Source: Paraspadella gotoi (Eukaryota; Animalia; Chaetognatha). Taken from it: a stretch of 64,000 nt of DNA. Positions within the stretch are counted from its first letter, which is position 1, and each line of letters opens with the position of its first letter. The notes beneath the pieces were generated by a model that worked only from the letters and a program-made list of their open reading frames with translations, ran no database searches and was not told where the DNA came from. The position numbers and the translations under genes are program-made. Location of the stretch: NCBI GenBank assembly GCA_051294375.1, contig CM119265.1, positions 19,803,218-19,867,217 of the forward strand, read 5' to 3'. Below, piece by piece: positions 1 through 13,400 of this stretch.

Positions 1-2415
1 CGTCGTCGACGTCGTCAATGTTATCGACGTCGTCATAATCGTCGTCTCTTTCCTCATCCTCTTTGTCCAACTTCGCGATGATATCCTCCAAAAACTCGTC
101 CTTCCTCTTCGCCAACCGAAGCCTCAACGCCACCACCAACGTCCGCTCGGCGCCGTGCAAGTTGGCGCCAAAGTAAGCCGGTGTCGAGCTGTAGCCGGGC
201 AGATACGAGATGGCGCCGAGAATGGCCACCTCCTGGCGCCGCTCTTCTAACCAGCGCCGCAAACTGGTTCGTCCGCTTGGGCCGGCGTCGTTAAAGGCTA
301 GGAGACGGTTAAGACGAGTCAACGCCGGGTTAGCGGCGTCGGTTTTGTGGAGGATGATGTTCGGAGTCTTGGAGAAGGAGGAGGAGGAGGAGGAGGAGAA
401 GGAGGCGAAAATAAAAGAAAAGAAATGATATATTATTCAATTTTCTTCTTCTCTCCTCTTTTAGCACACACCAGGCAGCCACGCCCCATTTTCCTAACCA
501 TCTTTAAAATGTCCACAATCCTTCCCCACATCCAAACAATCTTTCCCCACATTAAAACCCCGGCCTTGCCCACTTTCAATAACCTCTCGTTTTTCGGTAC
601 CAATCTCCCACCGTCTCAGCCAAGAGCGTCTCGTGGGCCGACAACTTCCTCATCAGGATCCACTTGAACATCTTCATCTGCTCCTCGATCCTAGGGTGCG
701 CTCGAGCCGCTTCCGACTCCAGGATGTCGTTGGTGGATCGACGAAGATCTTCAAGATCCTTCGTGACGCTGGCGGCGCGAGCGACGATGTCGTCGATCAC
801 GCCTCGCGACGCCTCCTCCGCCGGCGATGCCTCCGTCGACTTCACTATCTGAGACAGCGGGTAGAGGTAGACGCGAATGGGGACGGCCCTCTCGTAGTTC
901 TCGCCCAGCATGGTCGGGAGTTGCTCGTAGAGGAGCTTGGCCTCCTGGAGAAGTAAGAGTTGGCGGATTGATATCTAAATGAGAATCTAAAATAAGCCAA
1001 ATTATTTTCTTTAATCTTTTAACGCTTTAAAAAACGAAGAGGGAAAACCAGATTTAATTGGCTCGATGGCTCATGTACCTTTACAGTCGTGGGAGGGTCG
1101 GACAGAACGTAATCGCCGTGAAACTTGCACGTCGTGTTCGAGTTTCTGAGCAGATCTGTTTCGTTCATTTCCAGGCTACCTGGATGGGAGTTATGATTCA
1201 CGAATCATTATCAATTTCCGGTAATTTTCTAGTCAAACGACTTTAAATAATTAAATAAATAGACGTTGGAGATGACGTTATAATAGCTAAATAACGAAAC
1301 TAATAAAAAGTCATAATCAAACAAGAAGGAAAAGAAAGAGAATAACGGATTTAAGTTCTCTCTCTCTCTCTCTCAGAGCGATTGACGAAAAAATATTCAC
1401 AAAAATTTCTCTCCGACATTCTCACCTTTTCCCTCGATTTGAATCGGAATTTTCTGGACTGAGATTTCGAGTTTCCCTTCCAACGCCTTTTGCGAAGCAG
1501 TCTCGTCGATCCGCGACTCGAAGACGAAGACGGCGTCGGCGCCGTATTCCACGCCGATCACCACGTGAGTTTCTCGGCGCGATTTCCTCAGTCGGCGCGC
1601 GGTGCCGTGCCACGTCAATCCGTCGGGCTGAGGAAAGGTTGGGGAGAGAAAAGGAGAGGGAAGAAGGGGATTTGAAAATGTTCGAGGAAATGTTCGAGCG
1701 GGCGATTGCGTGTGAGCAAAGTGGGAAAAGTGATTGAAATATCAAACCTTTCTTTTTAAATATTTCATCGTTTCTCGTGAAGAGAGAATAATTATTATGA
1801 CCTCATGAAAAAATCGTTCGTAAAACGATAGTCCCAAAGCCTTAAATAATGCTGCAGCACCACGCCACTGGTGGGTTAAGCGCCACGTGCCGCTTCACTA
1901 CTCATCGGCAATCGGGCTTAAAGTTAAACCTCGGGCCTTTGGATTGATATTAAGCGACTATTTTCATCATTAAACCTCAAATGCGACAATGTATCCGTTC
2001 CTACTAGCGCGCGAGGCTCGGTCTTTATATGACAACCACTACAACAACGACGACGATTAAGACGACGACAATCACGACGACGACAAACTGATGAAGCAAT
2101 TTGCCGAAACCTGTCATTTCCCGACTCGTGATTCCTGACCTGCAGCGCGTAGGGTTTGAGCGTCACGAACTTGGTCGTCGTCATCATCTTCAGGCTGACG
2201 CGATACGCGTCATTTATTCGTTGGTTGTCTCTGACAAAATGGCATCACTTGACATCTCTCTCTCTCTCTCTCTCTCTCACAATATTTGTCATCTTTTGCG
2301 TGGACTTAATATACTTTTGTATGTACCGCTCCTTAACGATTTTTCTTGTTAATGTGTTAATTGTCATATTTATGAGCATTACAAATCAAATCAAATCAAA
2401 CATCTCTCTCTCCCT

Positions 2416-2450
<35 letters not shown>

Positions 2451-2661
2451 ACCTCAAATAGGATCCAGACCCGTCCACTTTCAACATTCCTCCAATAAAG
2501 GAGGCGCGGAGTTCGACGGACATATCGAACTTGTCCAGTTTAACGTCGATGTCGTCGCGCGAAGATGTAGTCGACCGTCAGATTGAAGTCGTTCGTCCGT
2601 CATCGACGTCTCGAGGACGGAGAGGTTCCACAGGGAGGCGGCCGAAACCTAAGGGTGAGAG

Positions 2662-2742
<81 letters not shown>

Positions 2743-3523
2743 GGGGGGGGACGGGCTACGATGGATTTTAAGTTAATAGAATATAAGACCCACAAGAGCT
2801 TTCAATCAAAACTCTGAGGAATCTCTCACAGTGACATCATATAACTGTTTAGATTGAGATACAAAGATTAGTAGTATAAGATTAATAGCATGAGATCAAG
2901 GAATGCTAAATTGTACTCTAACTAGCATCAAAATACAAGAAAACTTAATGTTCATGAATTGCTTACTTTTTAAATGTAATATCGCCAGAGACAGACACAC
3001 AAACGGACCAAACAGTGTCTCAATAATAAATCTAAAAAAAAGCTTTTCCAACTTGTCCGCATCCGAACACTTCAAATCGCATACAATAACCAAAATTATA
3101 TTTCAAATTTACCCGACAACTCGTACCGACACCCAACTCCCGCCTCACTATTTGACTGGTCGTCTCGTCGTAGAAATCTCCGAGGCGAAAGGGAGTCCCA
3201 AGCGCCGGAATTGAGTATCCAGCGTTTGACGTCGGCGTCTCTTTCGCTGAAGGAGCGACGGATTCCTTTATTTACTTTTATCCCTTCGCGTCACAATGAC
3301 GTCGCCGATTTAAAAACATTGCATTTCTCTCGTCTCGTGGCAACGCCACACAAGAAGGGGCTTCCGGGCTCAAGAAAGACAGAATGGAAAGCTTAATCAA
3401 AGTTCGGCCCCAACAAAAAAACGCTTGGCTGAGTGTACGTCAATAATTTCAAGAACGTATCTCTCTCTATCTCTCACCTTTAACGATGAACGAAGAAGTT
3501 AAGATGGCTATCAGAATATTCAT
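1..3523 (-). CDS. Stonustoxin/verrucotoxin-like MACPF/CDC pore-forming protein, multi-exon, 3' end runs off the window
   Basis: GT-AG exons 3523-3478 (MNILIAILTSSFIVK), ~3390-3149 (..YSIPALGTPFRLGDFYDETTSQI), 2648-2453 (..DVKLDKFDMSVELRASFIGGMLKVDGSGSYLR), 2230-2140 (DNQRINDAYRVSLKMMTTTKFVTL), 1627-1426 (ETHVVIGVEYGADAVFVFES..LEGKLEISVQKIPIQIEGKG), 1179-1079 (TTCKFHGDYVLSDPPTTVK), 944-601 (EAKLLYEQLPTMLGENYERAVPIRVYLYPL), 367-<1 (SLRRWLEERRQEVAIL). These match, in order, recalled stonustoxin-family motifs (PALGRPFxLGMLYD; ASLKASFLGGLVEVGGSAKYL; RVTLQYxxTTxF; THVVxGIxYGAxAFFVF; CKFHGDF; LPxLLGE..AVPxxVWLxPL; LxxWLxxxExEINV). A few indels in exons 2-3 and at the last junction. Confidence 0.85.
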
Positions 3524-4017
3524 CGCGTCGTCAATTTTAAATCAAATAAAGAAAAAAAAATAGAAACAACACCGTTAAGATTTTGTCCTAAACGAATATC
3601 GAACTATTCTTAAGGTCGGAAGCAGAAGGGGAAAAAAAAATCACACGAAATACGAGAAACAATTTCGTTTCTCAAATAGCTAATCTTTGTCTTGTCTTGT
3701 TTACAAATTACAACCGCGACCGACCCGAAGAGACGAAGAAAAAAAAAGCCGTGTTCGAAATGGAATTTACACACGAGTTGCCATGGCAACCAAGGATCCC
3801 TCCCTTCTCTCTACACCGATGGGCGGGTTCGTCGGGTTGTAAAGGCGCTTTTCAGTTGGAATTTGCATAGAGAATAGTCGCTGAATGATTCGCTGAATAA
3901 AGCGCTGAATAAGTCGCTGAATACGAAAAAAAAATAGGGAAAGAGAGTGCGTCGAAGGAAGGGGAGAGAAAGAGAGGAGATGAGAGGAGAGAGAGAGAGA
4001 GAGAGGAGAGAGAGAGT

Positions 4018-4049
<32 letters not shown>

Positions 4050-5030
4050 GAGAGAGAGAGAGAGAGGGAAATTCACTGTTTCTGCCTTTTTGGCGCTTGA
4101 CGATGGTTTTCCGAATTTCCCAAACATCACTTCTGTGACGAGATAGAGCGGAAAGCGCTTAAAGTCAACATGTTTATAGTTTTTCAAACTTAAACTTTGA
4201 AAGTAATTTTTGACAGTAATGTCATTTTTATCAAGTCATAATCCTGTGTTTTTGGAATTTTAATATTGTACTAGCTAAAATATAGCCTTGAGATGTGCGA
4301 GTATTTTCCTGAGTATTTAAAATATTAAACGTAGCCAAATTTAAAATAAGCAGTTTTTATTTGAAAAAACGTGATAGAGACAAAAAGCAAAACGTAAGTT
4401 AATTACAGATTAGCATACGATCCCAAAAAATCTTCACAAGTAAACCCAAACTGTGATTTTTGACGTTTGAATCGGTGATTGATTCACAGGCGAGATTGGC
4501 GTAGATCATAACATCTTCATGAATTCTGCAAAAGATAAGAAATTCATAATATTAATCGATTTGCCAAACAGATGTTAAAATTTAACTACGAAACTATGGA
4601 GCTGTCGGTTACTAAAAGAGGATTTAATTTTATATTACGTACATATTTATTAGCAATTGATGCTATACGTGCATACTGCATTGATACAGTAAGTTATTTT
4701 TCGAATGAGACAAGGATTGGAAAAATACTTAAAATGAATTTTTAATTGCATTTAAATTTTAATATTTAATATTTAACTTCCGCTTTGTCCCATGCAAAAA
4801 AAAAAAGAATATAGTTAAGTTATCATTTGTATTTATCAGGCTCGTTTGACAAAGTGGCAAGGGATGCGATGCGTGCATAGGAGAAGCTGTCCTTTAATAA
4901 CATATCCGAAGGGTTGAGAGAAAAGTTCTCTTTTTCNNNNNNNNNNNNNNNNNNNNNNNNNCTTATTCAGATGCTCTTTATTTACCAATTTTTTTATTTT
5001 TTTTTTTTGTCCAAACTTTTCATTTTCAAG

Positions 5031-5070
5031 CTGATGGACTTTGAGAAACTCTGTCGACGGATGAAACCGG
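5031..5070 (+). CDS. Isolated small exon of an unidentified gene
   Basis: TTTTCAAG acceptor, open frame LMDFEKLCRRMKP, consensus G|GTAAGT donor. No family recognised. Confidence 0.3.
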
Positions 5071-5367
5071 GTAAGTGACGGGAGGGTGGCGGCTAGGTGG
5101 GCGGTGTGGAAGCGGTGACAGGTTTCAGAATTATTTAACTACTAGTTTGAATTGTGCCAACTGTTTCGATAAAAAATTCTCCGACGCACGGGAAAATCGA
5201 GGGGAAGATAACGTTTTATTCCAGTCTTAATGAGAGAAGGAACTCTATCAAAGTAAATTACGACAAAGGGAGAGAACGAGATGATATAATCTTAAAAATG
5301 GATGAAGAAAAGAATAGGCGAGTTAATCCTTTTCTCTCTACTCTCTCTCTTCTCTCTCTCTCTCTCT

Positions 5368-5409
<42 letters not shown>

Positions 5410-6622
5410 GGTCTATCTCTCTCTCGCCTCCTGTCTTTTCTGTCTTTCTCTCCTTTCGTCTTAAATTTTCTGCCCTTTTTGCGTCTTCTCTATTATTATT
5501 CATGGAATTGCTTGGAATGATGAAATCGAAACTTGGGAGGAGAAGGCAGGAGGAGGAGGAGAGAGGAGGAGGAAAGAGGAGGAGCGAAGACATAGAAAGA
5601 AGAGAAAGTCGGGGAAAAACCGAAAAATAATGGGGAGGACATTCAGGATTAGTGTTGAAGTAAAGCACTAGAGAAATTTAGCACTTGATACTCGAAAATG
5701 AACCAAATTAATAAAAAAAAATCTTCCTTTTTCATCTTTTTCTTACCTCCATCAATTTTTTTTCTTCCTTGCATTTTCCTCTCCTTTCCATTTTCTTTCT
5801 TTTACTCCCGACACGTTCATCGAAATTCCGCCCGGGCACTTCGAGGCCACGCCCCCGGGAGGCGACGACGCCAGGGCGCGGCGTCTCCGCCATCGAACTT
5901 CCCTATCCCCGCGGATCTGTATAGATTCCACATCAGCCCTTCTTTCCTTTTATCTTTCTTTTTTCTTTTTTTCTTTTTCTTTCTTTCTTTCTTACTTTCT
6001 AGTCTCTCTATCCCTCTCTCTTTTTCTGCCCAAGACGCACCACTTCAAACCGTGATCATTATCAAAGTCTAAAAAACCCGATCGAGCCGGTTCTCGCCTT
6101 GTCCTCGGCCTTTGTCCTCACCTTTCCTCACCTTGTCCTCACCTCAACTCACCTCAATTTAACTCACTTCACCTTCACATCACCTCAGTTCGACAGAACA
6201 GTGATTTTTTTTTCCCTTCTCGTCGTGATTTCAGGGCGAAGGGATATATTTTTATTAGAGAGAGAGATTGACTAGATTTAATAATAATAAATATACAGAT
6301 GAAAGAGTTCCTAAAACATTGTAAGCCAGATAATCTAGGAGTTATAAACTGGACTGTGTGTGTGCATTGAAACTTTCAGGTCCTTGATATGTTATCATCT
6401 TGAAAAGAGGGATGCAGGCATTTAATCTATCAAAGGCAGGGCAAAATTACGGAACTTATTATTAATGAATAGATAATTTTTATATTGCTTTGTTATCTAC
6501 TTGCTATTTTTGCATTTGAATCATCCACGACAACCAACCGACAACAAGTTCGTTCCCCGATTCACAACTTCCCTCACGAAGAATATCATCATCGTTATTT
6601 CGTTTTTTTTTATTCTTCTTTT

Positions 6623-6711
<89 letters not shown>

Positions 6712-8142
6712 CATTATACCTCTGCGAGCACAAAAAAACTATTTTCCCGCCGGTTTCGCCCTCTCCCCCTAACCCCCCCCCGTTCCGCTATTTCCCGCTC
6801 CGCACTCCTTCGTAATTGGTCGCCTACGTATCATCAGCGTTTTTCCGAGTTTTCCTGACCCCATAATGTTGGAAAAATAGTTATCTCTTGGTTCGTTTCT
6901 GTCTTAGCTTTCTCTCTTTTTTTATGTGGTCTTTTCCGTCTTCTTTCAGATTCTCGCGTTCTGTTTCTTCTGTTTTTGTCCTTTCCATTCCTACTCTTCG
7001 CCGTTACTCTCTACAATCGCTGTCGTCGTTCGTGTACACGCCAGTTACTTTTTTTCTTATGCTTTATAAAGGGAGTCTAAAGTGTCCATGAACCCTTTTC
7101 CCGCCATTCCAACTTTTATAAAAATTTGCGTGGTCAACCAAGAAAAAAAATTATCTTGTAATCAATAAATAAGCACACAGTATTACAGCCTCCTGACTCT
7201 GCGACAGGTCACGGTTAACTCAGTTCCTTAACTTTCACTCCATCTCAATCGTAGATTGGAACCCAACCGTTTTTAGTTGCGCTCCGAGTACTCTCACTTT
7301 TTGGTCGGTCTGTCGCGTCCGTCGGTCGCACGGTAATATTTATCTATCGAATTGGTTTAAAAATAGGAAAAAAATATTTAAAAATTTAACATTTTCTATA
7401 GTGATACTATGACTATAAATATGGGCGTATGCGAATAATTGAGTAATCTAAAAGAATCGTCGCGGACTGACAGAAGTCGTATCCATACTTTTTTTCACCC
7501 ACTAACTTTTTTTTCAGCAACTTCGATTTGAACGACGACACGACGACGACGACGACGACGACGACGACGTAAGAACCCTATTTCCTCATTAACCCGAACG
7601 AATCTCGGGACTTTGGGATCACATTTCCAGAAGGAAAACGAAGAAAAGAAAGATTGGGGGGGGAACTTCGAGGGGTTTCATATTCCTCAGTGTTCGTGAT
7701 ATCAAGAGGTTTTTTTTTTTTAAGGATTTAACACGAAATGATCGGCATCAAGCCAGGTTCAATATTCAATAAACAAAGAGCTCTGCCACAGGCCGGGAGT
7801 GTTGTTCCCACGGATATAATTGCAAAAAATGCGGCTTTTTTAGCCCCCTGAAATTATTTGAACTTTGGCAAGGTAACTTGACCGTAAAGAGAGATTCTTT
7901 TCACAAGAGAAATAGCTCTTCTAATGAGACGACGGCTTTTCCGCGGGAGTTAAATCCCGGGGGACGCAATCCATATCCGAAGTTGATCCCTTCCTTTAAA
8001 TAGGATTCTGACCCCGTTGTTATGATTCATTCACTGAATCTTTTCAAGGATTTAACCCATGCGAAAAATGATTCCTTCCCAAAAAAAAAAAAAAACTGTT
8101 TCCCCAATATAATACGTATATGGAAAAAGTTACTCTGCTTAC

Positions 8143-8503
8143 CGTGATACTGGTACATTTCCTATAAGTGATACATCTCAAAAACCGATTCTCTTCTGTC
8201 AATGGATCAATCACTGAGATGCGATTTCTACTCCTAAAGTGATCATTCTCCTTTTTTCACGTGATCTTTCCTTGTCAATTCATCCCGAAGTTCTGAGACC
8301 TTAAAAACAGATCTTTCCAAAAAAGATCTCTTCGAAGCGAAATGATCCATCTCTTCTCATAAGTGATATTTTCGGTGAAGTGATGTGTCCTGCGAACTGA
8401 TTCCATCCCGCGCAAGTTATCCTCCCCGCGGACAAAGAGTAAGCTGATTAGGTTACCGGCGTCCCGGATGTCGTCGGGCGAGTAATTGAGAGGGATGCAT
8501 CAT
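8143..8503 (-). CDS. Exon of an unknown protein with R-x-x-S hexapeptide repeats (copy 1)
   Basis: CTCAG acceptor at 8505-8504, CG|GTAAG donor at 8142-8141, ~18-nt periodic (A)AGTGAT/GATC motif. Same exon as 19203-19555. Confidence 0.45.
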
Positions 8504-9416
8504 CTGAGATTAATGAAGGAACGCAAGGCGAAACGAAAGCGCCACCCAATTTTTTCTATTCGTTCGTGAGAGGAAGAGAGACGAGAGTGGAGAGAGAGAG
8601 AGAGAGAGAGATGAGGAGAGAGAGAGATGAGAGAGAGAGAGAGGAGAGAGAGATGAGACGAGAGCAGAGAGAGAGAAATACCTTTGTCCCCAGGGCGCGA
8701 AGCGATTTTTTTTTTCCGTACCCGGCGCGTCTGTCTCTCGCGCTTCCCCGCTCTCTCTCGCCCCGCTCCTTCATGCCTCTACCCCCGCTCTCTTTCTATC
8801 TTTGGCTGATCGTGTCTATCTTTCCTCTCTACATTACGAGACGAAAATGGAACTTCACGTTAGCGACGCCTCCTTCGCCAACTCATTTCTCAGTTACCCT
8901 TAGGGAGGAAATTTTTTTTTTTAATTTTTTCCGCGTAATTTTTCTTTTTTCCTTTTCTTTCTTTCCTTTTTCCCCTTCGGACGAGACACGTGGACTGAAT
9001 TGTAGGAAAAAAAAGAAGAATCCCAGACGTGAATCACGTGACCAAATTAACCGAAGTTTTTAATTCGAGAGGCGACCATTTTCTCCTTCGCTTTTTTTAA
9101 CTCATCAAATAAAAGAAAGTTTAATCTTGCCCGTTTCTGAATTAATCGTCGCCATCGGCGTCTCCTTTTCAAGAAGTTCATTGTTTTTTTTTGATCGAGT
9201 TGTAAATTAACGAAAGTGCAAAGTATGGCCCTCTGGGACGTAAATTGAAGCTTAGTGAGCTCTTCTGTTTTTTTTTTTTTTTTTTTTTTTTGTTTGGTTT
9301 TTATTTTTTCTTTTTAGATTAACTTCGAAATTGCGAGAGTTAAAAAGTGAATGCATATCATCCTAAAGAGTTAGGGACTAAACTATATAGGACTCTGAAA
9401 TTTTTATCACGTGCTC

Positions 9417-9509
9417 CCGCTTGATCGAAGTTGCCCGTCGCCGTCTTTGTTCGAATTATCCAAGAATTCGGCGATGGTCTTGATCTGAGAATTGGATCCC
9501 GCCCCGCCT
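9417..9509 (-). pseudogene. Duplicate of a late EF-hand exon, lacking its upstream exons
   Basis: Noisy copy of 20471-20559 (..IAEFLD..KDGDGQL..). The upstream exons are missing because the block switches to the toxin locus at ~10440. Confidence 0.6.
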
Positions 9510-10429
9510 CTGAAAATGCATACAATAAAAATAAAATTAAAAACTTGAAATTTTCTATAAAATAAACGTACTCCTACGTTTCCATTTACTAACGAACATA
9601 ATGTTGAAAAGCTTATGGTCTTATGGGGGCCCCTTGAAAATTAAATTCCCCAGAAAAAAAAATTCAGCGTTAATTGGTTTTTCCTCGTTACGAGAACAAA
9701 AAAAAAAAAACCCCGATTCGTTGCTATTGGCGACAACGTCGGAGACATGAACGAAAACGACGATTGCCAAAACGACAGCAGTGAAAGCGACTCGACAAAA
9801 TCCAAAATGCCAATAGCAATGATTACACAAATACAACTACATATTGTGCAGTTTGGAATGGAAATAGTTGTCCTTGTGGAATTATGAATATTATAATGGA
9901 ATTCAGGATAATTAAGGACCGAATCGCGACGACGACATAAAAACGCACACTGTGTCAATGGAACGACGACGACGGACGACGACGCACGGACGACATAAAT
10001 CCAACTGTGTCAATGGAGACGATAAGCACGATGACCATCCGACCGCAATTTGAACTAGAACAACGACCATAAAAACCATACAGCGACGACGAGACGACGA
10101 CGACGACGACGACGCGGGCAGATGTGTACCGCGTTTTCCAGACGAAAAAAAACTCGAACGTATTTTGCAGAAAAAAAAATATATATTTCACCTTTTTTTT
10201 CCTCTCACGTTTCCTTTCATCTGTTTTAATGATATTTCATTTTTTTATGCATTATTAAATTAGTTGTTTTTTTTTTAGTCTGCCTTTTTTTTTTTAAAGG
10301 TCTGTCTGTCTTCTGTCGTTCACCGCAACAGAGAGGGAAACACAGTGAGAGTTAATTGGAGGCGACCAGGTTTTAAGGCTTCACCTTCACTCGTCTGCCT
10401 AGAGAATCATTTTTTACCGCGTTTTAAAA

Positions 10430-13400
10430 TGCCTTCTCTTTCTCTCTCTCTCTCTCTCCTCTCTTCTCTCTCTCTCTCTCTCTCTTTTCTCTCTCTCTCT
10501 CTTTCCTCCCCTCCTCGACGCACTCTCTTTTTCCATTTTTTTTTTATTCAGCGACTTTTCAGCGCTGTTATTCAGCGAATCTTCAGCTACTATTCTTATG
10601 CAATTCCACTGAAAGCGCCTTTACAACCCGACGAACCGCCCATCGGTGTTAGAGAGAAGGGAGGGATCCTTGGTTGCCATTTTGGCAACTCGGTGAAATT
10701 CCATTTTTCGAACACGGCTTTTTTTTTTCTTCGTGTGTTCGGGTCGGTTCGCGGGTTGTAAGTTTGTACAAACAAGACAAGACAAAGATTTGAGAAACGA
10801 ATGTTTCTCGTATTTCGTCTGATTTTTTTTCCCCTTCTGCTTCCGAGGCTTAAGAATAGTTCGATATTCGTTAGGACAAATCTTAACGGTGTTGTTCTAT
10901 TTTTTTTTCTTTATTTGATTTAAAATTGACGAAGTCACTTTTTTTCGCGATGAATATTCTGATAGCCATCTTAACTTCTTCGTTCATCTTTAAAGGTGAG
11001 AGATTGAGAGAGATACGTTCTTGAAATTATGACGTACTTCAGCCAAGCGTTTTTTTTGTTGGGGCCAAACTTGATTAAGCTTTCCATTCTGGCTTTCTTG
11101 AGCCGGAAGCCCTTCTTGTGTGCGTTGCCACGAGACGAGAGAAATGCAATGTTTAACGGCGACGTCATTGTGACGCGAAGGATAAGTAAATAAAGGAATC
11201 CGTCGCTCCTTTTCAGCGAAAGAGGACGCGACGTCAACGCTGGGATACTCCAATTCGGCCCCCCCCCACTTGCGGACTCCCTTTCGCTTCGGAGATTTCT
11301 ACGACGAGACCGACCAGTCAAATTAGTGAGGCTGGAGTTGGGTGTCGCGTACGAGTTTGTCGGGTAAATTTGAAATATAATTTTGTTATTTTATGCGATT
11401 TGAAGTTGTTTCGGATGCGGACAAGTTGGAAAAGCTTAGATTTATTATTTAGGACACGTTTGGTCCGTTGTTGTCTGTCATCATGGCGATGTTACATTTT
11501 AAAAAAGTAAGTAATTTCATGAACATTAAAGTTTTTGTATTTTGATGCTAGTTAGAGTCAATTAGCATTCCTTGATCTCATTGCTATTGTAATCTTATAC
11601 TACTAATCTTTGTTATCTCAAATCTAAACAGTCTAATATGATGTCACTGTGAGAGATTCCTCAGAGTTTTTGATTGAAAGCTCTTGTGGGTCTTATTTAT
11701 TCTATTAACTTAAATCATCGCTAGCCCATCCCCCTCTCTCTCTTCTTCTCTCTCTCTCCTCTCTCCTCTCTCCTCTCAACCCCTTAGGTTCTCGGCCCTC
11801 CACTGTGGAACCTCTCCGCCCCCATCCCTCGAAGACGTCGTGGACGACGAACGACTTCAAGTCTGACGTCGACTACATCTCGGCGACGACATCGACGTTA
11901 AATGGACAAGTTCGATATGTCCGTCTAACTCCGCGCCTCCTTTATTGGAGGAAATGTTGAAAGTGGACGGGTCTGGATCTATTTGAGGTGGAGAGACGGA
12001 GAGAGAGAGATAGAGAAGAGAGAGAGAGAGGAGGAGAGAGAGAGAGAGGAGAGAGAGATAAATTTGATTTGATTTGATTAATGTGTAATGCTCATAAATG
12101 TGACAATTAAACATTTAACAATAAAATTCGTTAAAGAGCGGTACATACAAAAGTATATCAAAGTCCACGCAAGAGATGACAAAGTTTGTGAGAGAGAGAG
12201 AGAGAGAGAGATGTCCAAGTTTGATGCCATTTGTCAGAGACAACCAACGATAAATGACGCGTATCGCGTCCAGCTGAAGAGTGGATGACGACGACCAAGT
12301 TCGTGACGCTCAAAACCCTACGCGTGCTGCAGGTCAGGAATCACGAGTCGAAATGACAGGTTTCGGCAAATTGCTTCATCAGTTTTGTCTCGTCGTAGAT
12401 TGTCGTCGTCTTAATCTCGTCGTTGTTGTAGTGCGTTGTCATATAAAGACCGAGCCTTCGCGCGCTAGTAGGAACGGATACTTGCGCATTTGAGTTTAAT
12501 GATGAAAAATGTCGCTTAATATCAATCCAAGGCCCGAGGTTTAACTTTAAGCCCGATTGGCGATGAGTAGTGAAGCGCCACGTGCGCTTTAACCCACCAG
12601 TGGCGGTGGTGCCTGCAGCATTATTTTAAGGCTTTGGGACTATTCGTTTTACAACGATTTTTTATGAGGTCATAATAATTATTCTCTCTTCACGAGAAAC
12701 GATGAAATATTAAAAGAAAGGTTGATATTTCAATCACTTCTTCCCACTTTTGCTCACACGCAAATCGCCCGCTCAAATTTCCTCGAACATTTTCAAATTC
12801 CCTTCTTTCCCTCTCCTTTTCTCTCCCCAACCTTTCTCAGCCCGACGGATTGACGTGCGCACGCACGCGGCGCGACTGAGGAAAATCGCGCCGAGAAACT
12901 CACGTGGTTGATCGGCGTTGGAATACTGGCGCCGACGCCTGTCTCGTCTTCGAGTCGCGATCGACGAGACTGCATTCGCAAAAGGCGTTGGAAGGGAAAC
13001 TCGAAATCTCAGTCCAGAAAATTCCGATCAAATTCGAGGGAAAAGGTGAGAATGTCGGAGAGGATTTTTTTGTGAATATTTTTTCGTCAATCGCTCTGAG
13101 AGAGAGAGAGAGAGAACTTAAATCCGTATTCTCTTTCTTTCCTTCTTGTTTGATTATGACTTTTTATAGTTTCGTTATTTAGCTATTATAACGTCATCTC
13201 AACGTCTATTTATTTAATTATTTAAAGTCGTTACTAGGAATATTACCGGAAAATTGATAATGATTCGTGAATCATATTCCATCCAGGTAGCTGGAAAGAA
13301 CGAAACAGATTGCCTCAGAAACTCGAACACGACGTGCAAGTTCACGGGCCGATTACGTTCTGTCCGACCCTCCACGGACTGTAAAGGTACATGAGCCATC

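Larger units (their letters stand above)
5113..10500. repeat. Direct duplication block, copy 1 (copy 2 at 14916-~21690)
   Basis: Both copies start CGGTGACAGGTTTCAGAATTATTT and are collinear up to a (CT)n tract. Differences are mostly small indels. Copy 2 has an extra 16879-18317 segment. Confidence 0.95.

Noticed and set aside
6095-6190. (CCTTGTCCTCA)/(CTCAC)-type short repeats, with a similar texture at 61005-61095
   Set aside because: Degenerate simple repeat with no evidence of function.
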